DNA from: Sphyrna mokarran
Taxonomy: Eukaryota
DNA: 64,000 nt
Direction of reading: 5' to 3'
NCBI GenBank assembly: GCA_024679065.1
Contig: JAGIQG010000009.1
Span: 66,216,001-66,280,000, forward strand
Shown here: one piece after another, positions 25,333 through 37,937 of the stretch
Layout of the letters: the number at the start of each line of letters is the position of its first letter
Numbering within the stretch: position 1 is the first letter of the stretch
The notes under the pieces: model-generated
The model's database searches: none
What the model was told of the DNA's origin: nothing
The model's input: only the letters and a program-made list of their open reading frames with translations
Made by a program: the position numbers and the translations under genes

Positions 25333-27774
25333 GAAAGAGGAAAACGCAACAGAGCAAGCAAGAGCAGGAAATAGCAGGAGAGAGCATATGAATAATGGAA
25401 AACATAAGAGAGACATCACGAGATAACATATTTGCATTTCTGCAATACTTTATGGCATCTCTCACTGATGTCCAAAAGTCCTGTAATTAGTTACTTCTTA
25501 AGTTTTATGTAGATAAATGATGAAAAACATGAATGAGTAAGTACAGGATTAATCTACATTGCTTTCTTGTTGGTCCACGAGTTGAAAATATTCTGTTTGC
25601 ATTAAACGACAGTGGAGGCAAAAGCACCAGAATCACAAGATGTCAAGCCAGCATATTAATTTGAAAACCTGCAGAAAACCTACCTGGATGAACCGTAAGA
25701 GTTGATGCTATGAATTGAGAATGCTGAGGGTTGGCAGAATCAAAGTAATCAAAGCTCAATTGGAAAGTGAGGATTGAAAATTGCAGGAAGCAAATTTATG
25801 ATTCCGTGGAGAAGGCAAAAAGTTAACACCTTCATTATTCAGCTTGTGATCGACATGTCCTCAGAAAGATCTGGCTCATGGAAACTAGACTGATCATGGT
25901 TGGACTCCAAAGTGTGATTGATGGCTGAGATTGTGTCTTTGTTTGGAGGGATTTGTTTCACCAGTCAATAGATGGAAGTCAAGAGGATAGGAAGCAGCAA
26001 TAAGCTAGTCTGGAATTAGAGGATGCTGTGGCACTCATTGGGATAGATAAGGGGATTAGCAGGTTATGCGGGTAGGGCCTGGGTGGGATCATTGTCGGTA
26101 CAGGCTCAATGGGCTGAATGGCCTCCTTTTGCACTGTAAAGATTCTAAGAAGCTAAAGCTTGTGAATTGATAGCAAAATAATATGACAACAGAGTAAAAG
26201 AAAACCAAAAAGATGCTGAATCAGGCCAGATTGTTATTCTATTAGCAAAGATCAATTTCTACCAAGGAGGAAATAGTGTGTTAGGAAATTTCTAGACTCA
26301 AGCTACCTTCCTTGATAGTGAAAATCCTCCATAGATTCTTGTTCTCATCCCAATATGTATCATTTATGTTTATCTGGTCCTTGGTTTGAAATATAAAGCC
26401 TGGCAAACTCATTCATTTGTGTCATTAAAAAATATGCATCAGTGTTTTTGCCATTTATACTCTGAAATTTTAATTAGGTTGGTGTCTGATCAGCTTTTGC
26501 ATGGGCAGACTTCACATTAGGGGCACATATCCAGTTTAACCTCTTCATTAGAAATATTAGCATCAGTAGAAAGATCCGCGAATGTTGAGATTTTCGCTGT
26601 CTCAGGCGTGGGCCTGAGATAGAGTTTTTGAGAATGCTGTGTCTACAGGGCCGGTCAAACCTGGAAGCAGAGTGCCTGGTTCCAAGGTGGTATGCTTAGA
26701 AGGCTGCCGTTGGTTCCCTAAGGCTTTTGTCCAGTTGTATTAAAGGTTGTTGGCCCTCCAGCCCTCACAAACCACCCACTGCCTATGCCACCTCCATGTT
26801 TTCCATGCCAACTCATGTTCCACACCAACCCCAATGATCCTTTATACTACCATGCCATTGGAAACCTTTTAAAAGTTAAGTTTAAGACACCTTATCCATG
26901 CTCTTTCTGTGCCCTCTCTTTTCAAGTCAGTGCGAACTCATGTCTCCCACTCACTCCTCATGGTCCTTCATCTCCTCAATCATGGCTGAATAGACATCCA
27001 TTCATCCAGTATTTCATGACGTACAAAAAAATGAGCCATGCAAAATGAGGCCATTTAGTTCCACTGAAGTAGTTCATACATCTGTCCTCATTTTGAATGA
27101 TTTTCTGAGAGCCCACATTCATAAAAAGATCATTGGAGAGAACTGTTGACTTTGCTTGATTGACACCTTTAAGTTGTTATAACCTGCCATTTTCCTGTGA
27201 TCTCTTTTGTTAATGTCTCAATGTTTATCTGTTGAGAGGTGTGAAGTGTTTGAAACGTATGTTAATGATAACTGAATGAGCTGCATGATTGAATCTTGTT
27301 TTTATTTTCAAAAGAGGATTTGGGGTGGGTTTTTTTTCTCTGAGTAGTTCTATACATGCCATTGCTGCTGAATAGCTCATTTGTCCTATACTTAGTATAC
27401 ACAGGGTGAATGGGCATGTAAAGGTAATGTGTTAACATGGAGGGTACAAGGGCCATGGAACTGGGTGAGGTGCATGAACTGGCAGTGAGTTGAAATGATG
27501 GGTCATAGAAGAGGCATGGGTAACATGTTTTGAGGGATCATGAGCCAACAGTTATATAGAAACTGGCCCATTACTATGGAAATTATGGGAGCTAGAGATG
27601 CCTACTCCAACAATGGAATTGACTAGATTAAGAATGCAAGGCATGGGCTTGTTACCCGCATCCTTATCCCATGCCAGTGAAAATTGGGAGAGCCAGGATG
27701 GGGGATAGGAATCCTGGAACCAAATCCTGCCATTTTAAAATTGTTTTGACACACAGGAGATCTGGATCTAGGTC

Positions 27775-28968
27775 TGATGAAAAGGTGATCAAAGAGGTGG
27801 ATAAGGGTAAGGCAGTTGACGTGGTGTATATGGATTTTAGCAAAGCATTTGATAAGGTTCCCCATGGAAGACTACTGCAGAAAATGCAGATGCATGGGAT
27901 TTAGCAAATTGAATTAGGAATTGGCTAGCTGATAGAAGACAGAGGGTGGTGGTTGATGGGATATATTCAAACCGGAGTTTAGTTACAAGTGGTGTACCTC
28001 AGGTATCTGTTTTGGGGCCACTGTTGTTTGTTATTTTTTATAAATGACCTGGATGAGGATGTAGAGGGATGGGTTAGTAAATTTGCTGACGACACCAAAG
28101 TCGGAGGAGTTGTAGACAGTGAAGATGGAAGTTACAGTTTGCAGAGGGACAAAGGTAAGTTGCAGAACTGGGCTGAGAGGTGGCAAATGGAGTTTAATGT
28201 GGAAAAGTGTGAAATGATTCACTTTGGTAAGAGTAATATGTGTGCAGAATATAGGGCTAATGGTAGGACTCTTAGTAGTGTTGATGAGCAGAGAGATCTC
28301 GGTGTACAGGTGCATAGATCCCTGAAAGTTGGTACTCAAGTTGATAAGGTTGTTAAGAAGGTGTACAGTGTGTTAGCATTTATTGGTAGAGGGATTGAAT
28401 TTCGGAGCTGAGATGTCATGTTGCCACTGTACAAAACTCTGGTGCGGCCGCATTGGAGTATTGTGTACAGTTTTGGTCACCACATTATAAGAAAGATGTG
28501 GAGGCATTGGAAAGGGTGCAGAGGAGGTCCAGGATATTGCCTGGTATGATGGGTAGGTCTTATAAGGAAAGACTAAGGGACTTGAGGTTATGTTCATTAG
28601 AGAGAAGAAGGCTAAGAGATGACCTAATTGAGACATACAAGATGATCAGAGGGTTAGATAGGGTGGACAGTGAGAGCTTTTTCCTCAGATGGTGATGAAC
28701 ACGAGGGGACATAGCTTTAAATTAAGGAGTGGTAGTTATAGGATGAATGTAAGAGGTGGGTTCTTCACTCAGTAGTAAGGGCGTGGAATGCCCTGACATG
28801 AGCAGTTGTGGACTCGCCAAGTTTAAGGGCGTTCAAATGGTCAGTGGATAGGCATATGGATAGCATTGGAATAGTTTAGGTTAGAGGGTCATAAAATTGG
28901 TTCCATTGGTCGGCGCAACATCGAGGGCCGAAGGGCCTGTACTGCGCTGTAATGTTCTATGTTCTATG
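27775..28968 (+). mobile_element. 5'-truncated CR1-type LINE (RT domain, frameshifted)
   Basis: VDVVYMDFSKAFDKVPH, SKFADDTK and EYCVQFWSPHYKKD motifs; (TGTTCTA)n tail. Confidence 0.92.
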
Positions 28969-29159
28969 ATGGTCAGCTAGTCAGAGAGCAAATAGGGAAC
29001 TCTGAAGATCTGGCTAACTCCAGAACTTAGGGCCCTGATGGTTGAAAACAAGTCCGGCAACAGTAAATTGAAAAGAAACTGGAATCTGAGGAACACAGAT
29101 TTCGGAGCATTGCAAGGCTGCAGGAGATTAAAAGGACAGGGGAGAATACTTAGAATATA

Positions 29160-29700
29160 TGTTTGCACTTGAAATATAGTGTTCAATTCTGGTTGCCACA
29201 CTACCAGAAAGATGTGGAGGCTTTGAGGAGGATACAGAAAAGATTTATCAAGATGTTGGTTGACATGGAGGGCATCGGCTATGAGGAGAGGTTGGAGAAA
29301 TTTGGTTTACTCTCACTGGAACAATGGAGGTTGAGGGGCGACCTGATAGAAGTCTACAAGATTATGAGGAGCACGAATAGAGTGGATAGTCAGAAGAATT
29401 TTCGCAGGGTGGAAAAGTCAATTACTAAGGCATAAGTTTAAGGTGTGAGGGGCAAAGTTTAAAGGAGATGTACAAGGCAAGTTTTTTTTTATACAGAGGG
29501 TAGTGGATGTCTGGAACTCACTGCTGGGGGAGGTAGTGGAAGCAGATATGATAGTGAGTTTTAAGGGGTGTCTGGACAAATACATGAATGGGATGGGAAT
29601 AGCAGGAGGGTAGGAGGTTTTAGTTCAGTCAGGCAGCATGGTCAGTGCAGGTTTGGTGGGCTGAAGGATGTGTTCCTGTGCTGTAATTTTCTTTATTCTT
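29160..29700 (+). mobile_element. CR1-type LINE 3' fragment
   Basis: HLKYSVQFWLPHYQKDVEAL...LRGDLIEVYKIM. Confidence 0.85.
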
Positions 29701-29714
29701 TGAGATGTGCAGAC

Positions 29715-29960
29715 TTTCCTGGCTTGACTCACTGTCTGTGAGGAATCTGCATGCTCTTCCTGTGTCTGCGCAGGTTTCCTCCAGGTACTCTGGTTTCCTC
29801 CGACAGGCCTAAAGATGTGCTGATTAGGTGCACTGGCCATGCTAAATTCTCACTCAGTACCTGAACATGTGCCAGAGTGTGGCGAGTAGGGGACTTTCAC
29901 AGTAACCTCAGTAACTGCAGTGTTAATGTAAGTGTACTTGTGATACTAATAAATAAACCT
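29715..29960 (+). mobile_element. HE1-like SINE variant with CAGTGTTAATGTAAG...AATAAATAAAC tail
   Basis: Same variant at 49033-49300 and 63510-63805. Confidence 0.75.
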
Positions 29961-30560
29961 GAAACTTAAAGCATGATCAAATATGAAGACAGTTACTTGA
30001 AGCATAACTCTGTGGGGACAGAAAGGGAAGGACAAAAATCAGAGAGCAGAAAAAAGAAGATTCTTTAACTTGATGAGGGAATAAAAGGAATGATGGATTA
30101 ATTATGTTCATAGGGTTATCTTGTTCTTCAATCTCTTACATTTCATTCTTGGCAAAAAAAAGGTCGTGAAATGTTTTGCACACTGCTATTAAAGCATCTG
30201 TACCATACAAGGAGATCCATTGAAATGGAACAAGCAAATGGGGAAGGATGAAGTTATCTTAATTATCATGCTTTCACACCAGACAGCTCTTTTCTATAAC
30301 ATGGAGTGCGACAACACCAATCAGTAGTACGTTTTGAAAGAACATTGTATAGATGAAGCATACAAATTACAGCACAGAAAGAGGGCACTTGGTCAATCAA
30401 ACTGCTGCTTCTCTCTAATTGAGCCGCCTACTCTCATCCCCCTTGCTCCCCATGTCCACTCAAGCGAAGCTGGAATTATTAGAAGTCGAGAGTAGTTGTA
30501 CTGGTAATCCTGTACACAGCTTCCGCACCATCAGAGCCTCGTGAGCTGGCTCTTTCTTAC

Positions 30561-30725
30561 CTGAGCAACAGCCACCTGTGTCTGCTGCTGCTGCTGCTGT
30601 AGTTGCTGCTGAAGGAGCTGGATCTGATGGTGAACAGAGAGTGGGGTGCCCACTGGCAGCTGGCTGGCTGAAGGAAGCAACATCTTAGGCGTGGCCATTA
30701 GAATGCTGGGGCTATCGTCATGGGG
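30561..30725 (-). CDS. NOS1AP: NOS1AP/CAPON internal coding exon (about human exon 8), 165 nt, phase 0-0
   Basis: Encodes PHDDSPSILMATPKMLLPSASQLPVGTPLSVHHQIQLLQQQLQQQQQQTQVAVAQ, recognisably NOS1AP. Pyrimidine tract and TTTCAG acceptor; CAG|GTAAGA donor. Confidence 0.95.
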
Positions 30726-31565
30726 CTGAAAGAAATGGAAGGGGGAGAAAAGCATTGAGAATTCATGTCAAGAGACAGCAGAAGAATTCTTTTTAGTTTT
30801 CTCACTTCTGTTATTTCACATTTTCCAGATGGCAATTTTTGGAATTTTCCCTTTTTTTTTATTAGCACTGCCTTTTTATTAATTCCGACCTTACCATTTC
30901 ATGAAGTTGATCATTGCAGAAGTACGCCTACATATGAGGGATCAGTGATGAAGTAGCCAAGGGCATTAGCATTTTAATCACTGCCCTTCATCTCCAGATT
31001 CATTAATGTTATTCCTGAGAGAAGGCAAATGAGCTGAATCATGTTAAGGCAGTAATGTTAAAGTTTCAATGCAGACTCCTGCTAGAATAATAGTGGGTAA
31101 ATGTTAAAGGGATATCATTGTCAAAAATACTCACGTTTGTTTGTAAAACATGCGGGCAAGATGTTATTTGGGTTAAAGTGCAGGATTGTGTCCTGTAACA
31201 TTCTTGTTCAAAGAGATTTTCCCTTCTCTCAACTTGACCACACATTTTCACAAAGCATGTCCCTGTCATTGCAATCACACCCTCTGAAGAATGAGAACAT
31301 GTTTCCCTTCCATCACTTTGTCCACTTTGCAGATCAAACTTTGTGGATGGAATTTTCTCAAAAAAATTCGAAGAAAATGGGAGGCTTTCTTGTTGTCTCT
31401 TTCAGTGAGGTAACTATTGGGAATTTACTGCAGTCTGCGCAAAACAGAAGCTGTAATGTGACTTTCGCCAGTACAGGGGGAGTGGAGTCTCAGCTCACCT
31501 GTGATGCAGGCTGTTGAGCTCTAGGATGCCATTACGCAGGTGCTCCCAGCTCTCCGTATACTGTG

Positions 31566-31685
31566 TACATGCAGACATGAGGAGAATGTGCAAACTCCAA
31601 ACAGCATAACCCAATGCCAGGATTGAATCCAAGTCCATGATACTGTGAGGCAGCAGTGCTAACCACTGTGCCACCACACCACCCA
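31566..31685 (-). mobile_element. HE1-like SINE 5' fragment
   Basis: GTGGCACAGTGGTTAGCACTGCTGCCTCACAG head. Confidence 0.8.
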
Positions 31686-32184
31686 ATTTATGACTTACTT
31701 AATAATTAGCTTGAAGGTGTAATATCTCCTTATCTCATGGTTAACCAGAATTTCAGTTACTGCCAATCAAGTATGCAAGGCTGTTTTTATACAGTTGAAC
31801 TGACAGTGGGTTTTTGAGACAAGTCCAGAAATTGTTAATGGATGAAAATTTAACAAGTCAGCCTTAAGTGGCTACTTGCATGTTGAAATTTTGATTACAA
31901 CCAGAGGAATTTTACACAAAAAAAAACATGTTTATTATTTGTCCCTGTTATCAAACATAATTTCTTCACTGTAATGTGTTGTTTCCTCTTCATTGTTTTT
32001 ACATTTCACTCAAACAGGAGATCAAATATTTCAGTAATTTTTGACTTCTAAAAGAAAAGAGTCTCCTTGTATTCCTACTGAGAAGCCATTTCATTCAGGG
32101 AAAGTGATGTAAGCTTTGCCACAGAAAGGCGTATATTAATTGGTCTCTATTCTTTGCCTGGATCAACACAAGAAGTCATAAAAC

Positions 32185-32697
32185 TACAAATGGGTTGTGA
32201 ACGTAGTCCAATTCATCATGCAAACCAGCCTTTCATCCATTGACTCCATCGACATTTCGCACAGCCTTGGAAAAGCGGCCAGCATAATCAAGGACCCCAC
32301 AGAATATGGTGCAATTTTACCATCCTGCCTGCCAGGGGAATAGGAGTGGGCGAGGGACAGACATTGGGAAGGCCCATTGACCGTGGGCAGGATTTTACAG
32401 CTTTGGGATGAGCAAAACCATAAAATCCCACCCATACTCTCTTCCATCTTCTTCTTTTGGGAAAAAGATACAAAAATCTGAGATCATGTCCCAATCGACT
32501 TAAGAAGAGCTTCTTCCCTGCTGCTGTTAGACTTTTGAATGGACCTGTCTCACGTTAAGTTGATCTTTCTCTACATCCTAGCTATGACTATAACACTACA
32601 TTCTGCACTTTCTCCTTTCCTTCTCTATGTATAGCGCGCAAGAAACAATGCATTTCACAGTATACTAACACATGTGACAATAGTAAATCAAATCAAA
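32185..32697 (+). mobile_element. Rex1/Babar-like LINE 3' end interrupted by a MITE (32308-32433)
   Basis: KAASIIKDP...LFHLLLLGKRYKNLR...RLKKSFFPAAVRLLN-like residues; AAATC tail. Confidence 0.65.
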
Positions 32698-32749
32698 AAT
32701 CATGGTTTCTATCTTGCAGCTTAAAATGTCTCTGTCCAATTTTTTGAAG

Positions 32750-33410
32750 TGGAGATGCCAATGTTGGACTGGGATAAACACAGTAAGAAGTCTCACAACA
32801 CTAGGTTAAAGTTCAACAAGTTTATTTGTAGCAAACACCGCTAGCTTTCGGAACTGGCTGTTTCTTTGTCAGGTGGGTGGGAGTTCTGATCACAAACAGG
32901 GCACATAAAGACACAAACTCAATTTACATGAAGAATGATCGGAATGTGAGTCTTTACAGCTAACCAAGTCTTACAGCTACAGACAATGTGAATGGAGAGA
33001 GCATTAAGCGCAGGTTAAAAAGATGTGTATTGTTTCCAGACAGGAAAGTTAGTGAGATTTTGCAAGTTCAGGCAAGTTGTGGGGGTTACTGATAGTGTGG
33101 CATGAACCCAATATTCCGGTTGAGGCCATCCTCATGTGTGTGGAACTTGGCTATCAGTCTTTGCTCAGCAACTCTGCCCTGTCGTGTGTCGTGAAGGCCA
33201 CTTGGGAGAACTCAATGCTCTCTCCACTCACATTGTCTGTACCTGTAAGACTTGATCAGCTGTAAAGACTCACATTCCAATCATTATTCATATAAATTGA
33301 GTTTGTGTCTTTATACGTTCACCCATCTGTTGAAGGAACAATCAGTTCCGAAAGCTAGTACTGTTTGCTACAAATAAACCTGTTGAACTGGTGTTGTGAG
33401 ACTTTTTACA
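32750..33410 (-). mobile_element. Penelope-like element 3' end with inverted pseudo-LTR
   Basis: Minus strand 33086-33211 reads VLPSGLHDTRQGRVAEQRLIAKFHTHEDGLNRNIGFMPHYQ* (GIY-YIG C-terminal E...GLN pattern); arms 32782-33009 and 33211-33410 are inverted copies. Confidence 0.8.
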
Positions 33411-34759
33411 ATTTTTTGAAGCCAGGTCTCATTGCTTTTACACCAAAACATCAGATTACTACAGATATTCCACTTATACATCCCACAAATTTAACTACTC
33501 ATTTTGTTGCAGGAATGAAATTTCTCATCAAATCTTGATTCTTTTCAGAGCTGCTGGCATCACCTATGGGAGGGTTTGTAACCCAATGAGGGGAGGCATT
33601 AAATTAAAGAGTCACTGAATACAGCTGAACTTAGCTCAATAAACGATACTTCACAATTGTGTAAAACAATTACAAAAAGGACTAGGCTGAATAAACACCA
33701 CGGTCTCAGAAATTGGGATTGAGACAGTGCCATGGAGGCTTTTGTGTTGCGCAAACAAGTCTTCTAATGAAATGCGAGCCATCTTTCTACACCTCTTGTC
33801 AATAAAATAACATTGACTGCCCCACACATTCAAACAAAAGGACACAAAAAATAAATTCCTCCACGGTATTAAGGATTCTACAAACCAAGCTTATCTTATT
33901 AAATCTGGGCAAGCCGTTCTGACTTGCTGCCCAGTTAAGCAGTCAGAATGTGTGAAAGTACAACAGGATACAAGATAAACTCCCCGACACAATTAGCACC
34001 TTGCACAATTATTATTTCTGATCTACAAAAGCTGGGCAAATATGGCTTGTTATTAACTAAGAGTTATGTTCAGTGAGTTGCTCCGAGATGAAAATTTGGT
34101 TGCAGTATTACCAACATTTAGAAATCGCTTTTCCACAGCAAGCCCCATATGAGAAAGAGTGACTACACTGTGGCATTTAAGCCTCTATTCAGAAGGGTCA
34201 TGGGTTTATGCTGATTGAATGAGTGGAATTGTGCTTTTATTATTTTGTGATTGTTTTAAAGACAGTACTACTGGGATCACATTCTGGGATTCTATCCATT
34301 TTTTCTCAAGCTAATCTATCAAGACAATGATCAACAGCTTCCAACCTTCCACTTATCCACTATTTGAAGATCCAGAGAATAATAAAACTTCCCTCAGTCT
34401 TGAAAAGAAGTAGTTGACATGGGACCTTTACGTGGTAGCAAACTGTTGAAAAATGGTAAATGTAAGTTAAGTTTGGCCACAAAAGTGGAACATGAGGCCA
34501 ATCTATTCCGATACAAAACAAATTCAGTACCAATATCGGAATGGCTTTTATCTTCATTGAAAAGAGTAATCCATAGAGGGGGAAGACCACAGTTCATGAA
34601 AACTCAATTACATGCTGTGATGGGAGGATTGTAGCTTTTTTGTTATACCAATGTTCACAGAGGAAAGTAGCCTCCTTAGTTCGTGAATGAAGCATATTCC
34701 TCCACAATGGACACTGGGAATTTTCTGCTTATGCCATTGAATTAGTGGGGAACGTAACT

Positions 34760-36098
34760 GACTGTAAAAGTTTCTATAGATGTGTAAAGAGAAGAAGGTT
34801 GATAAAAATGAAGGTAAGATTAAGATGCACAGTGTTACAGATAATGTTTTAGCATGGATAGAGGATTGGTTAACTAACAGAAAGCAAAGAGTGGGAGGTA
34901 AACGGGCGTTTTTCTGGTTGGCAATCAGTGACTAGTGGTGTGCCTCAGGGGTCAGTGTTGGGACTGCAGTTGTTCACAATTTACATAAATAATGTGGAGT
35001 TGGAGACCAAGTGTAGTGTGTCAAAATTTGCAAATGACACTAAAATGAGTGGCGGAGCAAACTGGACAGAGGACGCTGAAAGTCTGCGAAGGAATACAGA
35101 TAGTCTAAGTGAATGGTGAGGGTCTGGCAGATGGAGTACAATGTTGGTAAATGTGAGGTCATCCATTTTGGTTAGAATAATAGCACAATGGACTATTATT
35201 TAAATGATAAAAAATTGCAGCACGCTGTTGTGCAAAAGGACCTTGCAAGAATCACAAGGAGTTGATTTGCAGGTACAGCAAGTAAATGGGATAGAGTCTA
35301 AAAACAGTCAGGTTATGTTACAGCTGTATAAGGTGCTGATGAGGCCACGCATGGAGCACTGTGTATAATTTTGGTATTTACCGGCAATGGAAGGGGTGCA
35401 GAGGAGATTCATTAGGTTGATTCCGGAGTTGAGGGGGTGGCTTATGAGGACAGACTAAGTAAACTGGGGCTGCACTCATTGAGATTCAGAGGAATGTGGG
35501 AAGATCTTATAGAAACATGTAAGATTTTTTCACTCAGAGGGTGGTGAGAAAATGGAATTAGCTGCCGTCGGAGGTGGTGGAGGTGAACTCGCTGGGGTCT
35601 TTTAAAAGACTTCTGGATGACCACTTGGGATTAAATGGGATTGGGAGTTACAGATAGTTCTATGGCCCAGTAGGTATGGGTGTGATCGCAACTTGTGGGC
35701 CAAAGGGCCTGTTTGCGCTGTAGTGTTCTATGTTCTATTACGGAGAGAACGATAAGATAGACACAGGGAAGTTGTTTCCATTGCCGAGTGAAACTAGAGC
35801 TAGGGGGCGTGGCCTCAAAACAAAAGGGGAGCAGATTTAGGATTGAGTTGAGGAGGAACTTCTTCACACAAAGGGTTGTGATTCTGTGGAATTCTCTGCC
35901 CAGTGAAGCAGTTGAGGCTACCTCATTGAATGTTTTTAAGGCAAGGATAGATAAATTTTTGATCAGTAAAGGAATTGAGGGTTATGATGAGCAAGTGAGT
36001 AAGTGGAACTGAGTGCATGAAATATCAGCCATGATCTTATCGAATGGCAGAGCAAGCCCGAGGGGGCAGATGGCCTAATCCTGCTCCTAATTCTTATG
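34760..36098 (+). mobile_element. Decayed CR1-type LINE with nested LINE tail (~35525-35735)
   Basis: TSGVPQGSVLG, SKFANDTK and RRNFFTQRVV motifs. Confidence 0.88.
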
Positions 36099-36099
36099 T

Positions 36100-37937
36100 T
36101 CTTACAAATGTAGGCCCCTTACAGACAGAAACAGGAGAATTCATAACAAGGAATAAAGAAATGGCTGAGGAATTAAATTTGTATTTTGCTTCAGTCTTCA
36201 CAAAGGAAGACATGAATAATGTACCAGAAATGCTGAGAGAAACATGTTTTAGTGAGGAGCTGAAAGAATTCAGCATTAGCAGAGAAATGGTTTTGGGGAA
36301 CTTGATGGGATTGAAGGTGGATAAATCTCCAGGTACTGATAATCTTCACCCTCGAGTAATTAAGGGAGTGGTGCTGGATGGGTTATAAGTAATGCTGATT
36401 ACTTGAATGGGTATAAACTGAGAGAGGTGAAACTCAGCAAGACCCTGGAATCCTTGTGAAAATAAGTAACAGTTGCTCAAAGTAAGCGCGCAGGTACGGC
36501 AGGCAGTGAAGGTAGGTCTGTTGATGTTATTTTCCAAAATTCTTTGGGCTCTGTAATAGCTCCTACAGAATGGAGAGTAGCTAATGTAAGCCTGCTATTC
36601 AAAAAGGGAGGTAAAGAGAAAACTGGGAACTATAGACTAGTGAGCCTAATGCTGGTATTGGGAAAGTTGCTAGAATCTGTTATCAAGGATTTCATAATTC
36701 GTCATTTGGAAGGCAGTGATATAATCAGACAAAGGCAGCATGAATCTAATGGAATTTTTTCAGGATGTAATGAGTAGAGTTGATGAAGAAGAACCAGTGG
36801 ATATGGATTATTTAGACTTTCAAAAGGCTTTTGAAAAGGTTTCATATAACAGATTACTATGTAAAGTTAAAGCATGTGGCATTGCAGGTAATGTCTTGAG
36901 ATGGATAGAAAGCTGGTTAGCAGATAGGAAGCAAAGAGTAGGCATAAATAGATCATTTTCTGATTGGCAGTCAGTGACTAGTGGGGTTCCACAGGGATCC
37001 GTGCTAGGACCATCTTCCAATGATTTGGAAGAAGGAACTGAATGTATTATCTCCAAATTTGCAGATGATACAAAGTTGGGTGGGAGGGTAAGTTGTGAGA
37101 AGGATGCAGAGACGCTTCAATGTAATTTGGACAGGCTGAGTGTGTGGGCATCTGCATTGTAGACGCTGTATAATGTGGATAAATGTGAGGTTATCCACTT
37201 TGGTAGCAATAATAAGAAAACAAATTATTACTTGAATGAGTATAAACTGAGAGAAGTGAAAACTCAGTGAGATCCTGGAGTCCTTGTGAAAGTAAGTAAC
37301 AGTTGCTCAAAGTAAGCGCGCAGGAACAGCAGGCAATGAAGGAAGCAAATGGTATGTTCGTCTTCATAGCGAGAGAATTTGAGTATAGGGGTAGGAATGT
37401 TGGGGTGTTGATGAGGCCATACCTGGAATATTGTGCACAATTTAGATGTCATTATCTGAGGGAGGATGTTCTTGCTTTAGAGGGAGTACAATGAAGGTTT
37501 ACCAGGCTGATTCCTGGGATGGCAGGTTATCATATGAGGATAGACTAAGTCAGTTAGGACTATATTCACTGGAGTTGAGAAGAGTGAGGGGAATCTCATA
37601 GAAACTTATAAAATTCTAACAGGGTTATACGGGGTAGATTCAGAAAGAACGTTCCTAATAGTGGGGGAATCCAGAATTAGCAGGTCATAGTTTGAGGATA
37701 AGGGGTAAACCTTTTAGAACTGAGATGAGGTGAATGTGTGGAATTCATTAACACAGAATGTAGTTGAGGCCAAAACATTGTCTGACTTCAGTAAGAAATT
37801 AGATATAGCTGTAGGAGCCAAAGGGATCAAGGCTGAATAAGGATATTGAACTTGATAATCAGCCAAGATCAAAATGTATGACGGAGCAGACTCGAAGGGC
37901 TGAATGGCCTACTCCTACTTTTTGTTTCTATGTTTCT
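36100..37937 (+). mobile_element. Decayed CR1-type LINE (~1.8 kb of ORF2)
   Basis: YFASVFTKED, KSPGTDNLHPRV, WRVANVSLLFKKG, YLDFQKAF, GVPQGSVLGP, SKFADDTKLGG; TTTCTATG tail. Confidence 0.92.
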
